This document shows, piece after piece, positions 30,498 to 40,114 of a stretch of 64,000 nucleotides of DNA. Source of the stretch: Alphaproteobacteria bacterium. GTDB lineage: Bacteria; Pseudomonadota; Alphaproteobacteria; Rickettsiales; UBA8987. Where the stretch lies: positions 3,684-67,683 of the forward strand of contig JAUIEX010000001.1 of NCBI GenBank assembly GCA_030429725.1, written 5' to 3'. Under the pieces are notes generated by a model. That model was given only the letters and a program-made list of their open reading frames with translations, had not been told where the DNA came from and searched no databases. A program made the translations under genes and the position numbers. Position 1 is the stretch's first letter. Each line of letters opens with the position of its first letter.

Positions 30498-31001
30498 CTA
30501 TATCCCAATACTTTTCTTTGACTGCAATTTTGTATTCAGCTTTCTTACTGAGGCCATAGCTTTTTGGTGATGTGTTTCAAGTTTTTCCTCAAGCTCATTA
30601 TAATCTTTAGCACTAATGCCAACAGGCGCATTCATTTGCTCCTCAAGAATCTTCTTGTTGTCTGGAAAAGTGACTCCTTTTTCACCAAGCGCCTTTTGGG
30701 CTTTTGCTTTTTCTAATGACTCAGACCTAACAAAATAAAAAAGGCTTGTTAGGTATTTTGCCTGATCCTCTGGTGAAATTTCTTCACTTGAAACATTTGG
30801 CTTAACGTAAATAACATACTCATCTTTATCGTTAAAATTGACCTCAACACCACCATTTTCAAGATCACTTTTTTTGCCAACAAAAACTTCCCAGGCATCA
30901 TCTCCAAAGTCTGGCATACCTTGCTCACGGTCACGCAACACCGCGTAATATTCGAGAAGATTTTCTAATACCTTAGCTTTTAAAGTGTTTTCATCTGCCA
31001 T
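30498..31001 (-). CDS. Hypothetical acidic soluble protein inserted between atpA and atpG
   Basis: 167-aa ORF at ~35% G+C. Its stop codon lies 2 nt before the atpG ATG. No motif recognised. Confidence 0.6.
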   Translation of the reverse strand: MADENTLKAKVLENLLEYYAVLRDREQGMPDFGDDAWEVFVGKKSDLENGGVEVNFNDKDEYVIYVKPNVSSEEISPEDQAKYLTSLFYFVRSESLEKAKAQKALGEKGVTFPDNKKILEEQMNAPVGISAKDYNELEEKLETHHQKAMASVRKLNTKLQSKKSIGI

Positions 31002-31039
31002 TTACAAACTCTAGCCCCTAGTCACTTGTCTCTGAAAAA

Positions 31040-32578
31040 CTACTTACTCGGCGCAAAAGCTTTGGTGAACGCTTCCAGAACTTCTTTGAGTGTCTTCTCG
31101 GAATCTTCGCTCAGCGCTTTTTCTTTACGAATCGCCGTCAGCAGCTTCTTCTGCTTGGCATGCAGCTCGGAAAGCAGCTCTTTCTCATAGCGGCTAACAT
31201 CCGCCGCCGGCACTTTGTCCAGATAGCCTTTGGTTCCGGCATAAAGCACACAGGTCTGCTCTTCCACTTTCAGCGGTGAGTATTGATCCTGCTTCAGCAA
31301 TTGCGTCAAACGCGCACCGCGATCCAGCAATTGCTTGGTGGAAGCGTCCAGATCGGAGCCAAACTGCGCGAATGCCTCCATCTCACGGAACTGTGCCAGC
31401 TCAAGCTTCACCGAACCAGCCACTTTCTTAATGGCCTTGGTTTGCGCCGCCGAACCCACACGGGATACGGAAAGCCCAACATTCACCGCCGGACGAATCC
31501 CCTTATAGAACAATTCCGTTTCAAGGAAAATCTGCCCATCGGTAATGGAAATCACGTTGGTTGGAATATAGGCGGAAACGTCACCCGCCTGTGTTTCAAT
31601 GATTGGCAGCGCGGTCAGTGAGCCGGCGCCCAGATCATCGGAAAGCTTGGCCGCACGCTCCAGCAAACGGGAGTGCAGATAGAACACATCTCCCGGATAA
31701 GCCTCACGCCCGGGAGGACGCCGCAGCAGCAGTGACATCTCACGATACGCCACCGCATGCTTGGAAAGATCATCATACACCACCAGCGCATGCTGGCTGT
31801 TATCACGGAAATATTCACCAATCGCACAGCCGGTATAGGGCGCTAAAAACTGAAGCGGCGCCGCTTCAGAAGCCGTAGCCGCCACCACCACGGAATAACG
31901 CAGCGCATCTTCTTCTTCCAGCTTCTTCACAATCTGCGCCACGGTGGAGCGCTTTTGCCCGATACAAACATAGACACAGTAAAGCTTTTCGTTTTCATCA
32001 TCGCCGTCATGGGCAGGTTTCTGATTCAGAATCGCATCAATTGCCACGGCGGTTTTACCCGTTTGACGGTCACCAATGATCAATTCCCGCTGGCCACGCC
32101 CAATCGGAATCAGCGCATCCACGGCTTTAATTCCGGTTTGCACCGGCTCATGCACGGATTTACGCGCGATAATGCCCGGCGCTTTGACTTCCACACGGGT
32201 CTTCTTCACATTTTTCAGCGGGCCTTTGCCATCAATCGGGTTTCCCAAACCGTCCACAACACGGCCAAGCATCCCCGGCCCCACCGGCACTTCCACAATA
32301 CGGCCGGTACGTTTGGCGGTGTCACCTTCCTTGATCTTATCGGAATTACCGAAAAGCACGACACCCACATTATCTTCTTCCAGATTCAGCGCCATGCCAA
32401 CCACGTCATTCGGGAAGGCAATCAGCTCCCCCGCCATCACGTCATCCAGACCGTAAATGGTGGCGATACCATCCCCCACGGACAGAATCTGCCCCGTCTC
32501 GGAAAGCTCCGCACCGGCATCAAAGCCCGCAACCTGCTTTTTAATAATATCGGTGATTTCTGAAGGACGAATGCTCAT
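31040..32578 (-). CDS. atpA: F1 ATP synthase alpha subunit
   Basis: Walker [10 protein letters not shown]. Collinear with AtpA along its full length. Confidence 0.96.
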   Translation of the reverse strand: MSIRPSEITDIIKKQVAGFDAGAELSETGQILSVGDGIATIYGLDDVMAGELIAFPNDVVGMALNLEEDNVGVVLFGNSDKIKEGDTAKRTGRIVEVPVGPGMLGRVVDGLGNPIDGKGPLKNVKKTRVEVKAPGIIARKSVHEPVQTGIKAVDALIPIGRGQRELIIGDRQTGKTAVAIDAILNQKPAHDGDDENEKLYCVYVCIGQKRSTVAQIVKKLEEEDALRYSVVVAATASEAAPLQFLAPYTGCAIGEYFRDNSQHALVVYDDLSKHAVAYREMSLLLRRPPGREAYPGDVFYLHSRLLERAAKLSDDLGAGSLTALPIIETQAGDVSAYIPTNVISITDGQIFLETELFYKGIRPAVNVGLSVSRVGSAAQTKAIKKVAGSVKLELAQFREMEAFAQFGSDLDASTKQLLDRGARLTQLLKQDQYSPLKVEEQTCVLYAGTKGYLDKVPAADVSRYEKELLSELHAKQKKLLTAIRKEKALSEDSEKTLKEVLEAFTKAFAPSK

Positions 32579-32612
32579 AATGTACCCTTTTTACTCTTCA
32601 ATCTGTTTTTGG

Positions 32613-33176
32613 TTATGCAGTTTTTAATTCATTTTTAAGCCGATCCAAACGCCCCTTCACGGAAGCATCCAGCATCCGAGAGCCCGCACGGATAATTGCC
32701 CCGCCAAGAATGGCCGGGTCTTCTTCAGACTCAATCACCACGCCGCCTTTGGCCTGCTTGGCAAAGGCATTGCTAATTTTCTTCTTCGCAGCATCCGTCA
32801 GCGGATTAGCCGTCGTCACTTTGACTATCAACTCACCCTTATGCTCCGAAAGCTGGCGGGCAAACACCTCCGCCAAATGCGGCAGCAATGTCAGACGACG
32901 GTTATGCGCCACAACTTTTAACAACTTTGCCGTTTCACTATGCAGCTTCATTTTTTTAGACAAATCGCCCATCGCGGCCACGGATTCTTTCTCAGAGGCT
33001 AACAGCGCCAAACGCTGCAGCGCCGATGAATTTTTATAAATATCCGCCAACTGCTGAAGCTCATCCTTCACTTTCGTCAAGATTGCAACGGATGCTTTCT
33101 TCTCCGCCATCACGGCAAGCGTAGCCTTCGCATAACGCGAAGCTAACAAAAACATCTCTGCGGAGGATTGCGCCAT
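32613..33176 (-). CDS. atpH: F1 ATP synthase delta (OSCP) subunit
   Basis: 187 aa, in the OSCP position upstream of atpA. C-terminal GG.IIRAGSRMLDASV pattern. Confidence 0.85.
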   Translation of the reverse strand: MAQSSAEMFLLASRYAKATLAVMAEKKASVAILTKVKDELQQLADIYKNSSALQRLALLASEKESVAAMGDLSKKMKLHSETAKLLKVVAHNRRLTLLPHLAEVFARQLSEHKGELIVKVTTANPLTDAAKKKISNAFAKQAKGGVVIESEEDPAILGGAIIRAGSRMLDASVKGRLDRLKNELKTA

Positions 33177-33342
33177 GAAACTTCCTAAGCCTGTCGATTT
33201 AACGCGTGTGTACTACCATATGAACCCGGCAATGCAAACAGTTTTCGCCCCAATCCCGGCAATAAAATAACTCCGGCAGCCTTAGGCCGTGCGGACATAT
33301 AATTTAGTGTTTTGTTGCTTGTATAAATCGTTGATCCGCAAG

Positions 33343-33384
33343 AAAAAGCCTGAAGCCAATAGTGGTTCTATTAGCAAAGGCTTT
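33343..33384 (-). terminator. Candidate rho-independent terminator after the small membrane ORF
   Basis: On the minus strand: AAAGCCT...AGGCTTT stem with extra internal pairing, followed by TTTTCTT. The loop is long. Confidence 0.4.
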
Positions 33385-33404
33385 AAATTAAATGTCCACA
33401 AGGC

Positions 33405-33593
33405 CTATTTGGCGCTTTGCTTTCCGGAAGGTTGCGCAGAAACAGCCCATAAGATTAAAAAATAACAGATCGCGGCAAACAACATGATGGCAATACCCAC
33501 CAACGCCATCGGCGTGCCGCCAATCACACCGCCGCCAATGGCAAAAATAACCGTCATAAACACTAAAACAAATACCACCAAAGGACTCATCAT
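33405..33593 (-). CDS. Small (62-aa) two-TM membrane protein
   Basis: MMSPLVVFVLVFMTVIFAIGGGVIGG...LFAAICYFLILWAV. The internal ATG avoids overlap with the upstream dehydrogenase gene. Confidence 0.4.
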   Translation of the reverse strand: MMSPLVVFVLVFMTVIFAIGGGVIGGTPMALVGIAIMLFAAICYFLILWAVSAQPSGKQSAK

Positions 33594-33670
33594 AACCAAC
33601 ACTCCCGAAATTGTTGCAACGCGGTAAGGGTATAAACAGACTGGCAGATTCGTCAAGCCAAAGTGAAGTC

Positions 33671-34921
33671 TTACGGCCTGATCACCGCCTCGTGCCTCAA
33701 AAGCCCCCACGGGTCAATAATACCAATCCCACGCTCCGATGCCCGCCGGAGGATCACCTCCCGCTCCTCTTCATAAAGGCTATGATTGGTTGCAATAATC
33801 AGAAGGTCTGCCGCGTCCAGCACTTCCGCCAGATCCGTCTCAAAGGAAAGTACCGGAACACCGGAAACCACAAAATCATCAACAAACGGATCCGTTACCA
33901 GAATTCCCGCCGGACTGCATCGATCCAGCGCTCGCACCAGCTTAGGCACAAGCGAATCCCGCAAATCATCGGTATCACGCTTAAATGTCGCGCCTAAAAT
34001 CCCTACCGTCCTTCCTGCCACTGCACCAAATGCACGTTCCGCCTCATCAATCAATTGTTGCGGCAAACGCTCATGCACCCGCCAGGCAGAAAGAAGGAAA
34101 TTCGCCTCACGCCGCCCCTCCATCAACAAGCCGAAATCTTTACGCAAACACGTGCCCGCCGTCAAACCCGGTCGATCGGCAATCGGCCGGGCATAGCCAT
34201 AATTTGCCAGCCGGAAAACCTCAAACGGGTTTTGGTCATGCTCCATCGCAATCGTTGCCAGCTGATTGGCAATGGCAAATTCCAGATAGCGCCCGGTATT
34301 GGCGAAAAGCTTTGCCAGCTCGGCTGCGCCCACATTACCGGACAGTATCTCCATGCCCAGCGGCGCAAACACCGCTTCAGCGCGGCGGAGACTTTCACCA
34401 TCATCCGCGCCGATAATTTGTGGCAAACTACGAATTTCCTCATAGGCTTTGCCTTCCACCAGTCTTTCAGGGCAAAAGGCCAAATAAAAATCCTGACCAC
34501 ATTGCCAGCCGGTTTTTTGCTCGATATAATTCCTCAAACGCACCGTGACACCCGGCGCCAATGTGCTGCGCAGAATCAACAAATCCTGCCGCTTAAATGT
34601 CTTTAGCAAACTGTCAATGACCCCGATAATCGCCGTTAAGTCCGCCTCCAGATGCTGCATCACCGGCGTTCCCACCGTTACGATATAGTTATCCACCGCA
34701 CCTTTAAGTGCCGCCACATCCTCAACAATCTTCAACCGCCCGGCGGCCACCAGCCCGTCATAGCCCGGCTCATGAAACGGCATTATTTTCTTATCGTTAA
34801 TGGCACGGCGCACTGCCGGGTTGATGTCCACTCCATGCACATCATGACCCGACTCCAACAAAGAAAGCGCCAATGGCAACCCAACCCTTCCGGCTCCAAT
34901 TACGGCAACTGATGTCATCAA
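33671..34921 (-). CDS. Nucleotide-sugar 6-dehydrogenase (UDP-glucose/GDP-mannose dehydrogenase family)
   Basis: Rossmann motif VIGAGRVGLPLA and the catalytic Cys context LTAGTCLRKDF. Three-domain length of 416 aa. Confidence 0.85.
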   Translation of the reverse strand: MMTSVAVIGAGRVGLPLALSLLESGHDVHGVDINPAVRRAINDKKIMPFHEPGYDGLVAAGRLKIVEDVAALKGAVDNYIVTVGTPVMQHLEADLTAIIGVIDSLLKTFKRQDLLILRSTLAPGVTVRLRNYIEQKTGWQCGQDFYLAFCPERLVEGKAYEEIRSLPQIIGADDGESLRRAEAVFAPLGMEILSGNVGAAELAKLFANTGRYLEFAIANQLATIAMEHDQNPFEVFRLANYGYARPIADRPGLTAGTCLRKDFGLLMEGRREANFLLSAWRVHERLPQQLIDEAERAFGAVAGRTVGILGATFKRDTDDLRDSLVPKLVRALDRCSPAGILVTDPFVDDFVVSGVPVLSFETDLAEVLDAADLLIIATNHSLYEEEREVILRRASERGIGIIDPWGLLRHEAVIRP

Positions 34922-35223
34922 AACAAACCTTTAATTCTATAAATCAAATAGTTCCTAGTGATTTTAACCCTGCTTGTCAAAAAAACCAACATAGCAGGAC
35001 ATCCCCCTTAACCAACTCAATCACATAGAAAGAAAAGCCCGTGCCCGATAATGACACATGTCAATTTTGTCACATTTCCGGCCAAGATGACCATCGTGCA
35101 ATCCAGTGTTGCAAAAAAAAGGGGTGAACTTAACTTTTAGTTCATGCATGTTCTTTATGAAATTGATCGTCGTACTTGTTCGATTAAATTAATGATGACA
35201 ACATATCTAGGGAGGATTTCATC

Positions 35224-37323
35224 ATGAGTGTAAATTTTGACGCTGCTTATTACTTAGCACAAAACCCGGACGTTGCTGCCGCAGGCATTGACGCATTAGC
35301 GCACTACCAACAATTTGGTTTTGCCGAAGGCCGTGACCCGAACGCATTTTTTGATACATCATATTATCTGGCGCAAAACCCGGATGTGGCCGCTGCGGGC
35401 ATTGACCCTCTGGCACACTTTAACGCCAATGGCGCAACCGAAGGCCGTGACCCGAACCCCTTCTTTGATACATCTTATTACCTTTCTCAAAATGGTGACG
35501 TTGCCGCTGCCGGCGTGAACGCACTGCAACACTACATTGAAAACGGCGCTACCGAAGGCCGCACCGTCAGTGCTTTCTTCGATGTAACCTATTATCTGGC
35601 ACAAAATGCCGATGTGGCCGCTGCCGGTGTAAACCCACTGCTCCACTTCATTCAGAATGGTGCCGCCGAAGGCCGTGATCCAAATGCAAGCTTCGACATG
35701 AGCGCTTATCTGGCCGCCGACGTGGGCGCTGCTGCTGCCGTAGCCGCGGGCAACACGGCCGGCATCATCAGCGAGCTGGCAACGGATGCCGCTGCACGCG
35801 TGAATGCATTAATCGCTGCCGGAACTTCAGCCAGTGATGCACAAGCGGCTATTAATGCAAATGCCGCAGCAACCAACACAACATCTTCCGGTGGCTCCGG
35901 CGGAACGGCACAAACCGGCAAGGTTGGCGCTACTGTTGCTACCGGCAACACCACGCTGACACTGGCCGGCGCTTCCGATGGCAACGTTGTGGTTGACCTG
36001 ACCAAAGGTACGGGCGCTACGGACGTTGTTGTGGATAATAGTGAAGATGTTATCCGCACCGGCGCCGGAACATACACCGCCGGTACAACCATTAACGTGA
36101 ACGCCGCCACCATGACTAATGGCTCATTGACGGTGACAACGAACGGCACCGGCACACCAACCATCACAACAGGTATTACCGCCACCACTGTGAGCGGCAC
36201 GGCAACTGCCGCCAACGTGGATGCAGAAGTGCTGGCCGACGATACTGCACTGACACTTTCCGGCGCCACAAACTACACCGTGACCAATATGGAAGGTAAT
36301 GTTGTTGCAACATCTCTGACAGGCACATTGGCCGTGACCACAGACGATGCTACGGATGACGGTATCTCCATTACCACCGGTTCCGGCGCAACCAGCCTGA
36401 CAGCAAATAATGCTTCCGACACGGTAACCGTTGTTGCAACAGCACTGGCCGATGGCACGGCACTGACAGTGGCCGCCGCTTCGGCTTCTGATCTGACCAT
36501 CACCGGCCTGCAAGGTGATCTGGTAGCAACCAATCTTTCCGGTGATTTGAGCGTAACTTCCGTTGCCGTTGCAACGCAGTCTATCGCCACGGGTTCAGGC
36601 ACCAACACCCTGACTGCCGACGCGCTGACCGATGGTCAGGTGCTGACAGTGACCGGTGATGATGCCGCAACGGTTACATTGGTTGCCGGTGACCTGGCAG
36701 CCGGTGCTTCCACCGGCGACCTGACCGTTACAGCCACCACGGGTACCAACGTGATTACAACCGGTGACGGTTCCGATACCATCACAGGTGGCACGGGCGA
36801 CGATAACATCACTGCCGGTAACGGTGTTGATACCATTCAAATCGCCTTTGGTGGTGAAGGTGAAGATACCTTCACAAGCTTCACCGTGGGTGCCGGTGCC
36901 AACCGTGATATCATTGATTTCACCGGTGCAACCGATGTTGCCAACGTTTCTACGGCTGGTGGCTTTGTTCTGCAAGCTAACGCGGATAACGCCAACACGG
37001 CGGCCACGAACGGCTTAACCATCATTGACAATAATGATGGCGCCAACACCAGCGCCACCGACCTGACGGTTGGTAACGTTGCGACTTATCTGGCAGATAC
37101 GGATGCCGGCGGCGCTAATACGGATGCGATTATTTATGAAAACATCAACTCCATCATTTACTTGATTGTTTCCGACGGTACGGATTCTGCCTTGTTCAAG
37201 GCGGATGCAACCGGTAACGGTGACACGGTGATTGACTCCAACGAGCTGACACTGATCGGCACTTTTGCCGGCATTACCGACGCCGGCACGATCACGGCAG
37301 ATAACTTCGCAGACTTTGCGTAA
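35224..37323 (+). CDS. Large secreted repetitive protein: N-terminal 38-aa tandem repeats, T/A/G-rich beta-helix-like core, RTX-like GGxGxD segment
   Basis: GGAGG ribosome-binding site. Four and a half repeats of FDxxYYLAQNPDVAAAGxxxLxHxxxxGxxEGRDPNxF. TGDGSDTITGGTGDDNITAGNGVDTI at ~36760-36840. Strong terminator follows. Confidence 0.8.
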   Translation: MSVNFDAAYYLAQNPDVAAAGIDALAHYQQFGFAEGRDPNAFFDTSYYLAQNPDVAAAGIDPLAHFNANGATEGRDPNPFFDTSYYLSQNGDVAAAGVNALQHYIENGATEGRTVSAFFDVTYYLAQNADVAAAGVNPLLHFIQNGAAEGRDPNASFDMSAYLAADVGAAAAVAAGNTAGIISELATDAAARVNALIAAGTSASDAQAAINANAAATNTTSSGGSGGTAQTGKVGATVATGNTTLTLAGASDGNVVVDLTKGTGATDVVVDNSEDVIRTGAGTYTAGTTINVNAATMTNGSLTVTTNGTGTPTITTGITATTVSGTATAANVDAEVLADDTALTLSGATNYTVTNMEGNVVATSLTGTLAVTTDDATDDGISITTGSGATSLTANNASDTVTVVATALADGTALTVAAASASDLTITGLQGDLVATNLSGDLSVTSVAVATQSIATGSGTNTLTADALTDGQVLTVTGDDAATVTLVAGDLAAGASTGDLTVTATTGTNVITTGDGSDTITGGTGDDNITAGNGVDTIQIAFGGEGEDTFTSFTVGAGANRDIIDFTGATDVANVSTAGGFVLQANADNANTAATNGLTIIDNNDGANTSATDLTVGNVATYLADTDAGGANTDAIIYENINSIIYLIVSDGTDSALFKADATGNGDTVIDSNELTLIGTFAGITDAGTITADNFADFA
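35236..35691 (+). repeat. Four tandem 114-nt (38-aa) coding repeats, with a degenerate fifth unit after them
   Basis: Units begin FDAAYYLAQNPDVAAAGIDAL, FDTSYYLAQNPDVAAAGIDPL, FDTSYYLSQNGDVAAAGVNAL and FDVTYYLAQNADVAAAGVNPL. Confidence 0.9.
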
Positions 37324-37345
37324 TTATCCACCGTCCTAACGGCAG

Positions 37346-37385
37346 AAAAACCCCGTGTTGCTTCGGCTTCACGGGGTTTTTCTTT
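37346..37385 (+). terminator. Rho-independent terminator of the repeat-protein gene
   Basis: AAAAACCCCGTG-12 nt-CACGGGGTTTTT, a perfect 12-bp stem followed by a T-run. Confidence 0.85.
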
Positions 37386-37418
37386 GCTCAAATTCCCGGC
37401 AACGAGTAGCATGGTATC

Positions 37419-37892
37419 ATGCCCAACCGCTTCACTATCCTTGGGATTGATCCCGGCCTGGCCGCCTCCGGCTGGGGCATTGTGCAAACGGAAGGAAGCG
37501 CGCTGCATTTTATCGACAGCGGCACCATCAAAACCAGCAGCAAAGCACCGCTCTCCGAACGTTTAATGCAGATTCATACGGTGCTTGAAAATGTCATCAC
37601 CAACCATAATATCACTCATGTAGCGCTGGAAGAAACCTTCCAGAACAGCAACCCTCAAAGCTCTTTAAAACTGGGCCATGCACGTGGCGTGGCCATGCTC
37701 ACCGCCGGGCTGCACAACCTGCCCTGCCATGAGGTTTCCGCCACCCATGTTAAAAAAACCATCACCGGCAATGGCCGCGCCAGCAAAGAGCAGATCATGA
37801 TGATGGTGAAAGTTCTGTTACCAAAAGCGCAGTTCGATTCCGATCACGCCGCGGACGCGCTGGCCATCGCCATTTGCGGATCACGCAGCTAG
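37419..37892 (+). CDS. ruvC: Holliday junction resolvase RuvC
   Basis: ILGIDPGLAASGWGIV N-terminus and a C-terminal DAADALAIAICG. Confidence 0.93.
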   Translation: MPNRFTILGIDPGLAASGWGIVQTEGSALHFIDSGTIKTSSKAPLSERLMQIHTVLENVITNHNITHVALEETFQNSNPQSSLKLGHARGVAMLTAGLHNLPCHEVSATHVKKTITGNGRASKEQIMMMVKVLLPKAQFDSDHAADALAIAICGSRS

Positions 37893-37901
37893 GATTAGGC
37901 T

Positions 37902-39206
37902 CTATTCCCGCACGCGCTCAATTTCCGCGCCGCACATCGCCAGCTTTTCTTCCAGCCGCTCATAACCACGATCCAGATGATAGACGCGGTTGATGATCGT
38001 CTCCCCTTCGGCGGCCAACGCCGCCAACACCAGTGACCCGCTGGCGCGCAAATCCGTTGCCATCACTTCCGCTGCGTTAAAACTGACAGGCCCACGAATG
38101 ATAATATGGTTAGCCTGCTCGGTAATATCCGCACCCATCCGCTGCAATTCGGGAATATGCATGAAGCGGTTTTCGAAAATGGCTTCCGTTATGGTGGAAC
38201 GCCCGTTGGCAAGGCATAGCAAGCTGGCAAGTTGCGCCTGCATATCGGTGGCAAAACCGGGATAAGGCGCGGTGACCACCTCAATGGGGCGCAACATCCC
38301 ATCCCGCAAGGTACAGCGAATGCTCCGCGCCGCCTTATCCACCTCAAACGCCATGCCCACGGCCTCCAGCACGGTCAGCGTGGCCTCCATAATATCTGCC
38401 GTCACATTTTGCAGTGTAATATCACCATTCGTCATACCGGCCGCAATGGCATAGGTTCCCGCTTCAATCCTGTCCGGCATCACGGCATAGCCGGCCGCAT
38501 GCAATCGCTCCACCCCCAAAATGGTCAGGGTGGATGTTCCCACCCCTTCAATATCAGCGCCCATGGCAATTAAACAACGCGCAAGATCCGTAATCTCCGG
38601 CTCTTCCGCAGCATTGCGTAAAATTGTTTTTCCATCTGCCAGTGTTGCCGCCATCATCACATTTTCCGTGGCACCGACAGACACTCTGGGAAAAGTAATA
38701 TCCGCCGCTTTCAGCCGCGTTTGACCCTGAGGTAACTTTGCTTCCACATAACCTTCTGAGAGGGTAATTTCCGCCCCCATTTGTTCCAGCGCTTTAAGGT
38801 GATAATCAATCGGCCGCGTGCCAATGGCACATCCACCGGGCAATGAAACCCGCGCTTTACCAAAACGCGCCAGCAACGGCCCCAGCACCACCACCGATGC
38901 CCGCATTTTACGCACAATATCATAAGGCGCAGTGGTGCTGTTCACCGTGCCGCCATCCAAAATCAGCTTTCGCCCGGTATGGCATTCATCAAGCCCCACA
39001 GAGCCCACCTCAAGCGTCACGCCCAATTCCACCAGCAAATTCGCCATGGTGGTAATATCCGTCAGATGTGGGATGTTTGTCAGCGTTAAAGGCGCATCCG
39101 CCAACAGGCTGGCCGCCATTAGCGGCAATGCCGCATTTTTGGCACCGGCAATCGGAATTGCTCCCTTGAGGCGTTTACCGCCTACAATCCTTATTTTATC
39201 CATCAT
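37902..39206 (-). CDS. murA: UDP-N-acetylglucosamine 1-carboxyvinyltransferase
   Basis: Collinear with MurA along its full length. Active-site loop [13 protein letters not shown]. Confidence 0.95.
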   Translation of the reverse strand: MMDKIRIVGGKRLKGAIPIAGAKNAALPLMAASLLADAPLTLTNIPHLTDITTMANLLVELGVTLEVGSVGLDECHTGRKLILDGGTVNSTTAPYDIVRKMRASVVVLGPLLARFGKARVSLPGGCAIGTRPIDYHLKALEQMGAEITLSEGYVEAKLPQGQTRLKAADITFPRVSVGATENVMMAATLADGKTILRNAAEEPEITDLARCLIAMGADIEGVGTSTLTILGVERLHAAGYAVMPDRIEAGTYAIAAGMTNGDITLQNVTADIMEATLTVLEAVGMAFEVDKAARSIRCTLRDGMLRPIEVVTAPYPGFATDMQAQLASLLCLANGRSTITEAIFENRFMHIPELQRMGADITEQANHIIIRGPVSFNAAEVMATDLRASGSLVLAALAAEGETIINRVYHLDRGYERLEEKLAMCGAEIERVRE

Positions 39207-39637
39207 TACCGACGATTATTTGGATTGAAGCGACCAAGATTACCCAGCAATTGCTGCATCATATTCATTTCATTGCCTTCGGTTGGTGTGGCATCCTCGG
39301 CAAAGGTCACGTCCTTCCGCGCCGATGCATCAAGCTCTTCAACTTTCGTCACGCGCTGCTGCCCATCAAATGTCACGGCAATAAGGCGTTGGCTGGCCAC
39401 TTTATCCTGCGCCAGCGTGCTGCGCTTAACTTTTGCACCCAGATAATACCAAACCGGCACGCCATAATCACTCACCGTGCTGGGGCTGCCCATCACCTGC
39501 TGCACTTCATCTTCAGTCATGCCGGGCTGAATTGCGTCCACCGCCACACCCTCGGCAACATAGCCCACAGCCGCCTCCCGCGTGATGCAGCCGGAAAGTG
39601 TTATGAATGTAAGAATTAAAATAATACTGGATTTCAT
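39206..39637 (-). CDS. bamE: Outer membrane assembly lipoprotein BamE (SmpA/OmlA)
   Basis: Lipobox TLSGC and the [15 protein letters not shown] motif. Confidence 0.8.
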   Translation of the reverse strand: MKSSIILILTFITLSGCITREAAVGYVAEGVAVDAIQPGMTEDEVQQVMGSPSTVSDYGVPVWYYLGAKVKRSTLAQDKVASQRLIAVTFDGQQRVTKVEELDASARKDVTFAEDATPTEGNEMNMMQQLLGNLGRFNPNNRR

Positions 39638-39760
39638 AGAATAATTGCGCTATACGCCCCCTTCGATTTTGTGGAAAATAGCTTCCGCAAGTGATTAAAA
39701 GATTCTGGTTACGATGGCAATGCTTTACTGTCATAAATCAGAACCGGAAGGAGAAATAAA

Positions 39761-40021
39761 ATGGCTGTCCCTAAGCGTAAAACCTCGAAATCCAAGCGTA
39801 ATATGCGCCGCTCGCATCATGCACTCGGTTCCGTCACCGTGGTGGAAAACCAAACCAGCGGTGAACTTTCCCGCCCGCATCACGTTTCACCGGACGGTTT
39901 CTATAAAGGCCGTAAAGTGGTTCTGAGTGCCGACGAAATTGCCGAAGAATTAGAAAAGAAAGAAGCTGCCCCTAAAGCAGAAAAGAAAACTGAAAAAAAG
40001 GCTGAGAAAAAAGCCGCCTAA
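39761..40021 (+). CDS. rpmF: 50S ribosomal protein L32 with a ~30-aa Lys/Glu/Ala-rich C-terminal extension
   Basis: [22 protein letters not shown]... core, then ...[25 protein letters not shown]. Confidence 0.93.
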   Translation: MAVPKRKTSKSKRNMRRSHHALGSVTVVENQTSGELSRPHHVSPDGFYKGRKVVLSADEIAEELEKKEAAPKAEKKTEKKAEKKAA

Positions 40022-40049
40022 TTTTCAGCAATGCCCTTGCCGGGCATCA

Positions 40050-40112
40050 TTAAAAATCATGCTCAAAGCCGCCTTCTGGCGGCTTTGTTGCGTCTGGCGC
40101 ATCGTTGAGCCA
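40050..40112. repeat. Orphan 63-bp perfect duplicate of the thiL 3' end
   Basis: Identical base for base to 41038-41100 (TTAAAAATCATGCTCAAAGCCGCCTTCTGGCGGCTTTGTTGCGTCTGGCGCATCGTTGAGCCA). Contains a 9-bp hairpin, AAAGCCGCC-TTCT-GGCGGCTTT. Confidence 0.95.
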
Positions 40113-40114
40113 GC

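Noticed and set aside
35706-36975. Several 110-190-aa minus-strand and alternative-frame ORFs inside the repeat-protein gene
   Set aside because: These are mirror frames of highly repetitive, stop-poor GCN/ACN/GTN-rich coding sequence. The plus-strand frame has the ribosome-binding site, the terminator and a coherent repeat architecture.
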